Shown piece by piece: positions 10,953 through 20,226 of a stretch of DNA of 64,000 nt (positions are counted from its first letter, which is position 1; each line of letters begins with the position of its first letter). The notes under the pieces were generated by a model. It saw only the letters and a list, made by a program, of their open reading frames with translations, searched no databases and had not been told where the DNA came from. Made by a program: the position numbers and the translations under genes. Source of the DNA: an uncultured delta proteobacterium (GTDB taxonomy: Bacteria > Myxococcota > Kuafuiibacteriia > Kuafuiibacteriales > Kuafuiibacteriaceae); the NCBI GenBank assembly GCA_963803435.1, contig CAWDML010000009.1, positions 1,088,001 to 1,152,000 of the forward strand, in the 5' to 3' direction.

Positions 10953-11023
10953 GATCGGGACCCGGACCGGGACCGGGACCCGGACCGGGGTCGCGTGAGC
11001 GCTTACGCGCTACACGCTCCTAG
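10953..11023 (-). repeat. Right inverted repeat including an ACCGGG microsatellite
   Basis: Reverse complement reads CTAGGAGCGTGTAGCGCGTAAGCGCTCACGCGACCCCGGTCCGGGTCCCGGTCCCGGTCCGGGTCCCGATC. Confidence 0.9.
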
Positions 11024-12276
11024 CGAAGCTGGGGCCCGACCGATTGAATCAGATCGGTCAGGCGAAAGAGGAAGTCGTTGGCGGTCCGGCCGTCGATGAC
11101 GCGGTGATCGTACGAGAGCGCCGCGTACATCATCGGCCGCACCACGATGACGTCCTCGCCGTCGATCTCGCGCACGACGGGCCGCTTCACCGCTGCGCCC
11201 ACCCGGAGGATGGCGACCTCCGGCTGGCGGATGATCGAGACGCCGAAGAGGTTCCCGCGCCGTCCCGGGTTGCTGACGGTGAAGGAGCCGCCCGCCACGT
11301 CGTCGGGCGTGAGCCGCCCCTGGCGCGCCCGCTCGGCAAGCTCGTGGATCCGGCGCGCCAGGCCGAGGAGACCGAGCTCGTCGGCGCGGTGGACCACCGG
11401 GACCACCAGGCCCTCCGCGGTGTCGACCGCGACGCCGATGTTCTTCTCACGGCGCACGATCAGCGATCGCTCCTTCACGGTGGCGTTGAGCTGCGGGTGC
11501 TCGCCGAGCGCGCGGGCGACGGCGGCGACCACGTAGGGAAGGAAGGTCAGCTCCACGCCGCTCTTCTGTGCGATCGGCCGGTCGGCGGCGCGCGCGCGCT
11601 CGACGTGGCCCAGATCGATCTCGGCCACGGCGAAGACGTGCGCCGAGGTCTTCAGGCTGAACAGCATGTGCTCCGCGATCTGCTGGCGGCGCCGCGAGAA
11701 CGGGATGACCTCGTCGCCCGGGACCGGCCGGTAGGGCGGCGGGCGGAACGCGATCTCCTGTCGGGGCAGCTCGGTGGGGAAGGGCGTGGCGTCGGGGGTG
11801 GCGAGCGGCGGCGGCACGCTGGCGTTGGTGCCCCGCGTCTCGAGCGCCTTCAGCACGTCGTCGCGGGTGACGCGCCCGCCCTTGCCGCTGCCGTGCAGGG
11901 CGAACAGATCGATCTGATGCTCCCGCGCCAGCCGGCGCACCGTCGGCGAGCTCCGGATGGGCCCGCGCGGCGCCAGCCGATGGACGGGGAGCCGCCCCCC
12001 CGGTGCGGCGACCTCCGGGCCTCCGCCGCCCAGGCGCAGGATTGGGCGGCCCACCTCGACGGTGTCGCCCTCGGCGACCAGCTGCTCGGCGACCACGCCG
12101 TCGGCCGGAGAGGGGATCTCGCTGGTGGCCTTGTCCGTCTCGACCTCGGCGAGGATTTGTCCGCGGGTCACGCGCTCGCCGGTCTGCACGCGCCAGCGGA
12201 CCAGCGTGCCCTCGACGATGCTCTCGCCGAGCCGCGGCATGACCACCGTGCTTCGATCGAGCGCACCGTCGCTCAT
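11020..12276 (-). CDS. 2-oxoacid dehydrogenase E2, dihydrolipoamide acyltransferase
   Basis: Lipoyl domain (MPRLGESIVEG..VETDKAT), peripheral-subunit-binding domain (SPTVRRLA..GKGGRVTRDD), catalytic DHRVIDG. Confidence 0.95.
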   Translation of the reverse strand: MSDGALDRSTVVMPRLGESIVEGTLVRWRVQTGERVTRGQILAEVETDKATSEIPSPADGVVAEQLVAEGDTVEVGRPILRLGGGGPEVAAPGGRLPVHRLAPRGPIRSSPTVRRLAREHQIDLFALHGSGKGGRVTRDDVLKALETRGTNASVPPPLATPDATPFPTELPRQEIAFRPPPYRPVPGDEVIPFSRRRQQIAEHMLFSLKTSAHVFAVAEIDLGHVERARAADRPIAQKSGVELTFLPYVVAAVARALGEHPQLNATVKERSLIVRREKNIGVAVDTAEGLVVPVVHRADELGLLGLARRIHELAERARQGRLTPDDVAGGSFTVSNPGRRGNLFGVSIIRQPEVAILRVGAAVKRPVVREIDGEDVIVVRPMMYAALSYDHRVIDGRTANDFLFRLTDLIQSVGPQLR

Positions 12277-12305
12277 GTCGCGCCGATAGCATGAAAGACG
12301 ACGTC

Positions 12306-12334
12306 TTGACCCGATTGAATGCGCCGCGGAAGAT
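12306..12334 (+). promoter_or_regulatory. Possible sigma70-like promoter for E1 alpha/beta
   Basis: TTGACC-17 nt-GAAGAT in the short divergent intergenic region, just upstream of TTG at 12344. Confidence 0.3.
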
Positions 12335-12343
12335 GCCGCGCGG

Positions 12344-13432
12344 TTGAACCACTCGGCCGCCTTCCCGCCACCTCCGGCACCGCCGTCCTCCACGCCGCCC
12401 GCCCTGGGCGTGGGCCTCGTGCATCCCGAACCGGCGGTGCAGCGGGCGTTGTTCGAGCTGATGCTCCGCTCCCGGCGCATCGAGGAGCGGACGGTCGAGC
12501 TCTACCGCCAGGGCGCGATCACCGGAGGCTGCTACACGGGCATCGGGAACGAGGCCACCAGCGTGGCGGCCGCGCTCGCGTTGACGAAGCAGGACGTGCT
12601 GCTTCCGACTCACCGCGACATGGGCACCCACCTGGTGTTCGGCCACTCGCCCCTCGAGATCATGCGGCAGTACTTCAAGCGGGAGGGCTGCCAGACCGGC
12701 GGCAAGGACTCGAGCCTGCACATGGGGCGGCCGGGGACGAACCTGATCGGCCACATCTCTCCGCTGGCCCACAACCTGCCGCTGGCGTGCGGCGTGGCGC
12801 TGGCGGAGCGCCAGCTGGGGCGCGACTCGGTGGTGCTGGCGACCGTCGGGGAGGGCGCCAGCTCGCTCGGCGACTTCCACGAGTCGCTGAACTTCGCGGC
12901 GGTGCAGCGGCTCCCGATCATCTTCGTCATCGTCAACAACCAGTACGCCTATTCGACGCCGCGAACGATCCAGTATGCGTCGGTGAAGCTGGCCGATCGC
13001 GCCATCGGCTACGGCATGACCGGCGAGCAGATCGACGGCACCGACGCGCTGCTGGTCCATCGGGCCGCGTCGGCGGCGGCCGAGCGTGCCCGCGCGGGCG
13101 AGGGCCCCGCGCTGATCGAGTCGGTGACCATGCGGATGCGCGGCCACTCCGAGCACGACGACTTCAAGTACGTGCCGAAGACGCTGCTCGACCGCTGGCG
13201 GGTCTGGGATCCGGTGGAGCGGATGCGCGCGCACCTGATCGCGAACGCGATCGCCTCCGAGGCCGACCTGGCCGCGACCGGCGCCGCCATCGACGCCGAG
13301 ATCGATCAGGCCGTCGAGACGGCGCTGGCCGAGCCGCCGCCCGCTCCCGAGACCGCGGGCGAGGGCGTCTACACCGCCTGGGATCCGGCGTGGACCGTGC
13401 CGAACAGCGGCGACGACTGGAGCCCGCGATGA
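12344..13432 (+). CDS. 2-oxoacid (probably branched-chain) dehydrogenase E1 alpha subunit
   Basis: TPP motif GEGASSLGDFHESLNFA..NNQYAYS; RMRGHSEHDD. Confidence 0.92.
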   Translation: MNHSAAFPPPPAPPSSTPPALGVGLVHPEPAVQRALFELMLRSRRIEERTVELYRQGAITGGCYTGIGNEATSVAAALALTKQDVLLPTHRDMGTHLVFGHSPLEIMRQYFKREGCQTGGKDSSLHMGRPGTNLIGHISPLAHNLPLACGVALAERQLGRDSVVLATVGEGASSLGDFHESLNFAAVQRLPIIFVIVNNQYAYSTPRTIQYASVKLADRAIGYGMTGEQIDGTDALLVHRAASAAAERARAGEGPALIESVTMRMRGHSEHDDFKYVPKTLLDRWRVWDPVERMRAHLIANAIASEADLAATGAAIDAEIDQAVETALAEPPPAPETAGEGVYTAWDPAWTVPNSGDDWSPR

Positions 13433-14397
13433 CCACCACCTACCTGGAGGCGATCCGCGAGGCGCTCGCCGAGGAGATGCGCGCGGACGATCGGGTGTTC
13501 TGCGTCGGGGAGGACATCGGACACTTCGGCGGTGCGTTCAAGGTGACGGCAGGGCTGATCGATGAGTTTGGACCCGAGCGCGTCGTCGACACGCCGATCG
13601 CCGAGTCCTTGATCAGCGGCGTCGCGATCGGAGCGGCGCTCCGCGGGCTGCGTCCGGTGGCGGAGATGCAGTTCGCCGACTTCGTGACCTCCGGTTTCTC
13701 GCAGCTGATCCACAACGCGGCCACCTTCCACTACCGGCTCGGGATCTCGGTCCCGATGGTGGTGCGCCTCCCCGCTGGCGGCGGCGTCGGCGGCGGTCCC
13801 TTCCACTCGAGGAACCCGGAGGCCTGGTTCGCGCACACGCCCGGGCTCAAGGTGGTGGTGCCGGCCTCCCCCTTCGACGCCAAGGCGCTCATGAAGGCCG
13901 CGATCCGCGATCCCGATCCGGTGATCTACCTCGAGCAGAAGTTCCTGTACCGGCGGGAGAAGGAGGCGCTCGGCGAGGTCGACGCGATCCCGTTCGGACA
14001 GGCGCGCCGGATCCGCCCGGGCCGGCACGCCACCGTGATCGCGTATGGCAACGGCGTCCCGATGGCCCGCGACGCCGCGATCGCGGTCGAGGCGGACGGC
14101 TTCGACGTGGAGGTGCTCGATCTCCGCACGCTGGTGCCGTGGGACTGGCAGGCCGTGATGACCTCGGTCGCCAAGACCGGCCGGGTGCTGATCGTCAGTG
14201 AGGCGACCCGCACCGCTGGGTTCGCCTCGGAGGTGGCGGCGAGCATCGCCGATCTCGTGTTCGACGAGCTCGATGCGCCGATCCGCCGCGTCACCGCGCT
14301 CGATTCACCGGTTCCGGCGGAGGAGGGGCTCGAGGCCTACTTCCGTCCCAACGCGGCCAAGGTCGAGAAGGCGCTACGGGCATTGATGGCTTACTGA
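13429..14397 (+). CDS. 2-oxoacid dehydrogenase E1 beta subunit
   Basis: TYLEAIREAL, GEDIG..GGAFKVT, DTPIAES, EMQFADF, GPFHS, DLRTL; ATGA overlap with E1 alpha. Confidence 0.95.
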   Translation: MTTTYLEAIREALAEEMRADDRVFCVGEDIGHFGGAFKVTAGLIDEFGPERVVDTPIAESLISGVAIGAALRGLRPVAEMQFADFVTSGFSQLIHNAATFHYRLGISVPMVVRLPAGGGVGGGPFHSRNPEAWFAHTPGLKVVVPASPFDAKALMKAAIRDPDPVIYLEQKFLYRREKEALGEVDAIPFGQARRIRPGRHATVIAYGNGVPMARDAAIAVEADGFDVEVLDLRTLVPWDWQAVMTSVAKTGRVLIVSEATRTAGFASEVAASIADLVFDELDAPIRRVTALDSPVPAEEGLEAYFRPNAAKVEKALRALMAY

Positions 14398-14418
14398 GAT
14401 TGCGGATAGCGTGCGCTC

Positions 14419-15354
14419 ATGAAGCTCACCGATCGCATCGCGCTCGCGATCGACTTCTCCGAACCCTCGAAGGTCGCGGCGCGGGCGGCGTTCAAGTTCG
14501 CTCGCCTGACCGGCGCCGGCAGGCTGACGATGATCCACGCGGTCCGTCCGGTGGTCCTGCCGGCCGGCACGCAGCCGAAGGTCCGTGAGCGGCTCGAGCA
14601 GCTCCGCGCGCGCATCCACCAGGCCGCGGACTCCCAGCTCGAGGCCCTCTGCTCGGAGCTGGCTGCGCCCCCCGAGCTCGTGATCGATCACCGGATCGTC
14701 GAGGGCCACCCGGCCGAGGTGATCCCGAGGGTCGCGACCGAGATGCAAGCCAGCTTGCTCTTGATCGGATCGCACTCCCGGCGCGGCGTGCGGCGGTGGC
14801 TGACCGGTAGCATCGCCGAGACCCTCCTCGAGCACACCGCCATCCCGACGCTCGTGCTGCTGACGGGCGACGACGGCGTCCCGCCCGACGCCGAGATCGA
14901 CGACATCCGCCACGTGCTGATCGCCATCGACGATGCCGACCAGGGCGAGCCCACCGCGCGCGCCGGTTTCGCGCTGGCGCGGAGCTTCCAGCACGCGAAG
15001 CCGAAGGTGGTGCTCCTGCACGTCGTCGAGGGGACCGGCATCGAGACCCTCGCCGAGGACGATCCTGCGGTGGCCGAGTACGCGCAGGTGCTCGAAGACG
15101 CGGGCCGAGGCGCGGTGGAGGCGCTGGCCGCCCGCTGCGACAGCGGCGGCCTCGACGTCGCGGTGGAGGTCCACCACGGGGTCGCCGACGAGGTGATCCT
15201 GGAGACCGCCCGGCGCCTGCCGGCCCGCCTGGTGGTGGTGGGGACACAAGGACGCGGTCTCGCCAGCTCGATCCTGAGCCTCGGATCGACCGCGATGTAC
15301 GTGGTCCGGCACTCGGATGTCTCCGTGCTGGTGGTCCCCCACCCCGAGGGGTGA
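14419..15354 (+). CDS. Tandem universal stress protein (two USP domains)
   Basis: IALAIDFSEPS..LTGSIAETLL and VLIAIDD..VVVGTQGRG..LGSTAMYVVRHS. Confidence 0.9.
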   Translation: MKLTDRIALAIDFSEPSKVAARAAFKFARLTGAGRLTMIHAVRPVVLPAGTQPKVRERLEQLRARIHQAADSQLEALCSELAAPPELVIDHRIVEGHPAEVIPRVATEMQASLLLIGSHSRRGVRRWLTGSIAETLLEHTAIPTLVLLTGDDGVPPDAEIDDIRHVLIAIDDADQGEPTARAGFALARSFQHAKPKVVLLHVVEGTGIETLAEDDPAVAEYAQVLEDAGRGAVEALAARCDSGGLDVAVEVHHGVADEVILETARRLPARLVVVGTQGRGLASSILSLGSTAMYVVRHSDVSVLVVPHPEG

Positions 15355-15815
15355 AGGTGGCCTCCGAGCACGATCTCTCGATGATGCGGCGGGCGCTGGA
15401 GCTCGCGCAGATGGCGGCCGATCTCGACGAGGTCCCGGTGGGGGCGGTGATCGTCGTGGGCGGCGAGATTGTGGCGGAGGGCCACAACGACCGGGAGCGC
15501 GCCCGGGACCCCACGGCGCACGCCGAGCTCCTGGCCATCGCGCGCGCCGCCCGGAAGCTCGATCGTTGGCGGCTCTCTGGCGCCACGCTCTACGTGACGC
15601 TCGAGCCCTGCGCGATGTGCGCCGGGGCGCTGGTCAATGCGAGGATCGATCGCCTCGTCTACGGCGCCGACGATCCCCGGGCCGGCGCGGTGCGCACGCT
15701 GTTCTCGATCGCCGACGATGCGCGGCTCAACCACCGCGTGGTGATCGAGTCGGGCGTGCTCGCCGACGCGTGCGGCGAGCTTCTCCGTTCGTTCTTCAAG
15801 TCAAAGCGAAAGTGA
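15351..15815 (+). CDS. tadA: tRNA adenosine(34) deaminase
   Basis: EVPVGAV, DPTAHAE, TLEPCAMCAGA, LNHRV. Confidence 0.95.
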   Translation: MKVASEHDLSMMRRALELAQMAADLDEVPVGAVIVVGGEIVAEGHNDRERARDPTAHAELLAIARAARKLDRWRLSGATLYVTLEPCAMCAGALVNARIDRLVYGADDPRAGAVRTLFSIADDARLNHRVVIESGVLADACGELLRSFFKSKRK

Positions 15816-15816
15816 G

Positions 15817-15902
15817 CGGAGAGAGCGGGATTCGAACCCGCGGTGCCTTGCGAGCACACACGATTTCCAGTCGTGCACCTTCAGCCACTCGGCCATCTCT
15901 CC
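15817..15902 (-). tRNA. tRNA-Ser(GGA); CCA not encoded
   Basis: GGAGAGATGGCCGAGTGGCTGAAGG..CACGA-CT-GGA-AA-TCGTG, long variable arm, GGTTCGAATCC, acceptor CTCTCC plus discriminator G. Confidence 0.95.
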
Positions 15903-16016
15903 TGATCCGGTGATCGGCGCGGTTTCTCCAACATTCTCGCCCCGCTTGGCAAGAACTCAGCGCGCTTCGGAGAGATGCGCTTGCCTCGCTGGCTCAAACC
16001 TGGCAATGCTCGGGCC

Positions 16017-16121
16017 GGTCGTCGAGGGTCCTACGCAACGTGCGGCCCTGAACCCCCCCAGGTCCGGAAGGAAGCAAGGGTAGGGGCTTAGCACGTGTGT
16101 TGTAGGGTGCCCTTGCCGACC
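16017..16121 (+). ncRNA. ffs: Small signal recognition particle RNA (4.5S)
   Basis: Helix-8 motif CAGGTCCGGAAGGAAGCA within a long hairpin (GGTCG...CGACC); canonical position upstream of dnaX. Confidence 0.92.
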
Positions 16122-16131
16122 ATTTTGGAAA

Positions 16132-17802
16132 ATGGCCTACGTTGTCCTCGCCCGTAAGTGGCGGCCGCAGCAGTTCGCCGACGTCCTCGGGCAGGAGCAT
16201 GTCACCCAGACCCTGACCCACGCGATCGGCGCCGATCGCATCGCCCACGCGTTCCTCTTCTCCGGCCCCCGGGGCTCGGGAAAGACCTCCGCAGCCCGGA
16301 TCCTGGCCAAGGCGCTCTGCTGCCTCCGGGACGGCAAGCCGACCCCGTCGCCCTGCGGCGAGTGCGCCCAGTGCCTCGAGATCACGGAAGGGCGCTCCAC
16401 CGACGTCTTCGAGATCGACGCGGCCTCCCATACCGGCGTCGACAACGTCCGGGACATCATCGACAACGTCCGCTACCTCCCGAGCTCCGCGCGCTTCAAG
16501 ATCTACGTGATCGACGAGGTGCACATGCTCTCCACCGGCGCGTTCAACGCGCTGCTCAAGACGCTGGAGGAGCCCCCACCGCACGTGAAGTTCGTGCTCG
16601 CGACCACCGACGTCCACAAGGTGCCGGTCACGATCCTCTGCCGCTGCCAGCGGTACGACTTCCGGCGCATCCCCTCGGCCCGGATCGCGGCCCGGCTCTC
16701 CGAGATCCTGAAGGCCGAAGGGATTGCCCACGATCCCTCCTCGCTCCTCTTGGTGGCGCGCGAGGCCGAGGGCTCGATGCGGGACGCCCAGTCGCTGCTG
16801 GAGCAGGTGCTCGCGTACTCTGCGGGCCAGAGCCTCGACTCGACGCTGGTGCGCGAGGCGCTCGGCGTGGTCGACGGCGCGCTGATCGCGTCCGCCTTCG
16901 AGGCCCTCCTGCACCGGCGGCCCGCGCTGGCGCTCGACGCCATCGGCGCGGTGCATCACCGGGGCCTCGACCAGAAGCGCTTCGCCGACGCGCTGGTGGA
17001 GCACGCGCGGGACCTGATGGTCGCCAAGCTGGTGCCTGATCCGAGCGCCGCGCTCGATCGACCGAAGGACGAGATCGCGCAGCTGGTCGATCAGGCGAAG
17101 GCGGTGCCGGCCCGCGATCTCGAGCGGCTCTTCACCGAGCTGACCCGGATCGTCGAGGAGGTCGGTCGGTCGCCCCACCCCCGCTTCACGCTCGAGGTCG
17201 GGCTGGCGTCGCTGGCCGACGAGCCCCCGCGCATCTCGCTGGAGTCGCTGCTCGAGAAGCTCTCGCAGGTGGAGTCGCTGCTCGAGGGCAAAGGCCCGAA
17301 GGGCACCCCACCGCCGGCCTCGGGGGGCGATCGCGGGCGTTCGGCCCCGGCGCGTCCCGCCGCGGCCCCGCCGGCGTCCCCGCGCGCCGACGGGCCGCGG
17401 GACTTCGCCGCGCTGGTGGACTTGGTGAAAAAACGGCGGCCCGCGCTGGCTGCGACCCTGAGCCAGGTCCGCCCGCTCGCCTTCTCCGGCGCCGGTGTCA
17501 ACCTGGGTTGCGAGACCGCGTTCGACGAGAAGAAGCTCAACGAGCGAGAAACCCACGACTATCTGGAGGGAATCCTGGAGGAGTTCTTCGAACGCCGGGT
17601 CCCGCTCACGATCCGCCGCAATGCCAAGGGGGCTGGCGCGAACGAACCCGAGAAGCGCACACTGGCAGAGGTCGACGACGAGAAGCGGCAAGCTCGAGTG
17701 AGCGCGAAAGAACAAGCGGCGCGAGAAGCGCCGGCGGTCCGCGCGATCCAGGACAAGCTCGGCGGTGAGATCGCCGACGTCCGAGTGATCGACGAAGGTT
17801 GA
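16132..17802 (+). CDS. dnaX: DNA polymerase III subunit gamma/tau
   Basis: [41 protein letters not shown]. Confidence 0.98.
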   Translation: MAYVVLARKWRPQQFADVLGQEHVTQTLTHAIGADRIAHAFLFSGPRGSGKTSAARILAKALCCLRDGKPTPSPCGECAQCLEITEGRSTDVFEIDAASHTGVDNVRDIIDNVRYLPSSARFKIYVIDEVHMLSTGAFNALLKTLEEPPPHVKFVLATTDVHKVPVTILCRCQRYDFRRIPSARIAARLSEILKAEGIAHDPSSLLLVAREAEGSMRDAQSLLEQVLAYSAGQSLDSTLVREALGVVDGALIASAFEALLHRRPALALDAIGAVHHRGLDQKRFADALVEHARDLMVAKLVPDPSAALDRPKDEIAQLVDQAKAVPARDLERLFTELTRIVEEVGRSPHPRFTLEVGLASLADEPPRISLESLLEKLSQVESLLEGKGPKGTPPPASGGDRGRSAPARPAAAPPASPRADGPRDFAALVDLVKKRRPALAATLSQVRPLAFSGAGVNLGCETAFDEKKLNERETHDYLEGILEEFFERRVPLTIRRNAKGAGANEPEKRTLAEVDDEKRQARVSAKEQAAREAPAVRAIQDKLGGEIADVRVIDEG

Positions 17803-17816
17803 GCGAGGTTCACGGC

Positions 17817-18125
17817 ATGAACATTCAAGAGATGATGCGCCAGGCTCAGCGCATGCAGAAAAAGCTGGAGCAGATCCGCGAGGAGGCCGGCAACAAGACG
17901 GTCGAGGGGACCTCCGGCGGCGGAATGGTCGTGGTGGTCGCGAACGGACGCAACGAGATCATCTCGGTGAAGATCGAGAAAGAGGTCGTCAACCCCGACG
18001 ACGTCGAGATGCTCCAGGATCTGATCGTGGCGGCGACCAACCAGGCGATGCAGCGGGCGAACGAGCTGATGCAGCGGGAGCTCGCCGCGGTGACCGGTGG
18101 GATGCCCATCCCCGGCCTGATCTGA
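17817..18125 (+). CDS. ybaB: YbaB/EbfC nucleoid-associated protein
   Basis: [30 protein letters not shown]; lies between dnaX and recR. Confidence 0.95.
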   Translation: MNIQEMMRQAQRMQKKLEQIREEAGNKTVEGTSGGGMVVVVANGRNEIISVKIEKEVVNPDDVEMLQDLIVAATNQAMQRANELMQRELAAVTGGMPIPGLI

Positions 18126-18134
18126 GCCTCGCGC

Positions 18135-18740
18135 ATGGACAAGCGGGTCGATCCGATCGCTCGGCTGATCCAGGCGCTCGGCCGCCTCCCTGGGATCGGG
18201 GAGAAGTCGGCCACGCGTCTCTCGTTTCACATCCTCCGCGCCGGGCCCGACTACGCCAAGGATCTGGCCGACGCCCTCCTCGAGGCGACGCAGCGCGTGC
18301 ATCTCTGCCGGCGCTGCATGAACCTCACCGACCGTGAGGTCTGCGGGGTCTGCGAGGATCAACGGCGGGAGCAGTCGGTCCTCTGCATCGTGGAGAACGT
18401 GCAGGATCTCCGCGCCATCGATCGGAGCCACGAGTATCGCGGCCTCTACCACGTGCTGCACGGGACGCTGGCGCCGCTCGAAGGTGTCGGGCCCGACGAG
18501 CTCAAGATCAAGGAGCTCTTGGTGCGGCTCGGAGACGAGTCCTCGGCGATCAAGGAGGTCATCGTCGCCACCAACCCGAGCGTGGAGGGCGAGGCCACCG
18601 CGCTCTATCTGCAGAAGCTCCTCCGCCCCATGGGCTTCCGGATCACGCGCATCGCCTCGGGCCTGCCGATCGGCGGGGATTTCGAGTACGCCGACCCCGC
18701 GACGATCTCGCAGGCGCTCTCGGGCCGCCGCGAGATGTGA
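18135..18740 (+). CDS. recR: Recombination mediator RecR
   Basis: LPGIGEKSA, C4 zinc finger, YHVLHG, ATNPSVEGEATA, RIASGLPIGGD. Confidence 0.98.
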   Translation: MDKRVDPIARLIQALGRLPGIGEKSATRLSFHILRAGPDYAKDLADALLEATQRVHLCRRCMNLTDREVCGVCEDQRREQSVLCIVENVQDLRAIDRSHEYRGLYHVLHGTLAPLEGVGPDELKIKELLVRLGDESSAIKEVIVATNPSVEGEATALYLQKLLRPMGFRITRIASGLPIGGDFEYADPATISQALSGRREM

Positions 18741-18748
18741 TCGCAGGC

Positions 18749-20143
18749 TCAGGGCGTGCGCAGGGACTCGAGCAGCTTCCGCAGCCAGGTCACGACGCCG
18801 CCCTCGGAGAGCAGTCGGAGCTCCCCGGCGTCGAACCAGACCCCCAGGCAGCGGGGACAGATCTCGAGCGAGGCCGGCTGGGCCGGCACCCCGTAGGCGG
18901 CCAGGCCGATCCGACACGTGGGGCACGAGCCGACCAGGCGATCGAGCGGCGCCTGCTGGAACTGCTGGCCGGGGAGCATCGTCTCCTGCTCGGTGGCGTG
19001 GCCGATGATCCGATCGAGCTCCCCGTGGTCGAGCCAGACGCCACGGCAGCTGGCGCAGCGATCGACGATCAGGCCGTCGAGGAAGAGCGCAGAGAACTCC
19101 CCGCCGCACTTACCGCAGCGCTCGGCCACGGACAGCGAGATCTCGGTGGGCGCGCGCTCCTCCCCGTGCTGCTCACCGGGGCGCTCGAGCGAAAGGTCGC
19201 CCGAGTCGTCGCTGTTCGAATCGGCGAGCGCGGCGCCCGGCTGCAGCATCAACCGGAGCCGCTCCATGGGCAGGCGGCGCTCACTCCGCTTCTCCACGTA
19301 CTCCACCAGCTCGGCGCGCATCTCGTAGGCGCTCTGGTAGCGCTGCTCGGCGTCGGGGTGCGTCGCCTTCAGGATGATGCGATCGATCTCGGGATCGCCG
19401 CCGAACCGCTTGAGCGTCGGAGAGGCGGGCCGTCCCGCCATGATCCGCGCCAGCACCTGGTTCGCCGTCCCGCGTCCGAACGGCAGGTCGCCCTGCAGCG
19501 CCTCGTACATGACGACACCCAAGGAAAAGAGATCGGCGCGGACGTCGATCAGGTGTCCCTTGAGCTGCTCGGGTGGCATGTAGCGGACCTTCCCGAAGAT
19601 CATGTTGCCCTCCATCGAGGGCACCGAGCTGGACTCGGGGACCCACTTGGCCAGGCCGAAGTCGAGGACCTTCACGGCGCCGCTCCGCGCGATCACGATG
19701 TTCTCCGGCGACATGTCGCGGTGGATGATCGGAGTCCCGCCGACCGGCCCGCCGCGGTGGGCCTCAGCCAGGGCGGACAGCACCTCGATGATCACGGCGG
19801 CGATGGTGACGGGCTCGAGCGGATGGCCCGAGAGCGAGGCCCGTCGCTGGAGGCGTTTGAGATCGACGCCGTCGACGTACTCCATCACCATCCAGAGCTC
19901 GTCCTCGGCGTGGCCGACGTCGAAGATGTGGACGATGTTCGGGTGGTTGAGGAACGAGCCCAGCCGCGCCTCGTTGAGGAAGAGGGTGACGTAGGCCGAG
20001 TCTCGAGCGAGCTCGGGTCGGATCCGCTTGAGCGCGACGCGCTTCGCGAAGCCGGCGATGCCGGTGTGCTCCGCCAGATAGATCTCTCCCATGCCGCCGG
20101 AGGCCAGGGAGCGGATCAGGAGGTAGCGCCCGAGGCGTTCCAT
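18749..20143 (-). CDS. Ser/Thr kinase with two C-terminal zinc-ribbon (zf-TFIIB-like) domains
   Basis: GGMGEIY, VALK, HRDMSPEN, DFG; CGKC..CASCRGVWLDHGEL and CPTC..CPRCLGVWFDAGEL. Confidence 0.9.
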   Translation of the reverse strand: MERLGRYLLIRSLASGGMGEIYLAEHTGIAGFAKRVALKRIRPELARDSAYVTLFLNEARLGSFLNHPNIVHIFDVGHAEDELWMVMEYVDGVDLKRLQRRASLSGHPLEPVTIAAVIIEVLSALAEAHRGGPVGGTPIIHRDMSPENIVIARSGAVKVLDFGLAKWVPESSSVPSMEGNMIFGKVRYMPPEQLKGHLIDVRADLFSLGVVMYEALQGDLPFGRGTANQVLARIMAGRPASPTLKRFGGDPEIDRIILKATHPDAEQRYQSAYEMRAELVEYVEKRSERRLPMERLRLMLQPGAALADSNSDDSGDLSLERPGEQHGEERAPTEISLSVAERCGKCGGEFSALFLDGLIVDRCASCRGVWLDHGELDRIIGHATEQETMLPGQQFQQAPLDRLVGSCPTCRIGLAAYGVPAQPASLEICPRCLGVWFDAGELRLLSEGGVVTWLRKLLESLRTP

Positions 20144-20226
20144 CCGATCCGCTACCAGTAATACGGGGCGGCCCGGAAGCAAAGTTATGATATGTGCGCT
20201 GTCACCGGTCCCAGTCCGGGCCGGCG

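Larger units (their letters stand above)
9998..11019. mobile_element. Non-autonomous IS1182-family derivative carrying a four-helix-bundle passenger gene, flanked by CTAG direct repeats
   Basis: CTAG at 9994-9997 and 11020-11023; ~70-bp imperfect terminal inverted repeats; internally deleted IS1182-type transposase inside. Confidence 0.82.

Noticed and set aside
15817-15980. tRNA-Ser as an integration site; inverted GGAGAGATG copy near 15969
   Set aside because: No integrase or duplicated tRNA 3' end seen; a 9-bp match can arise by chance.
17427-17434. Programmed dnaX frameshift at AAA AAA (codons 433-434)
   Set aside because: The position resembles the E. coli site, but the heptamer is G AAA AAA rather than A AAA AAG, the -1 frame has no nearby stop, and A6 is short for transcriptional slippage.
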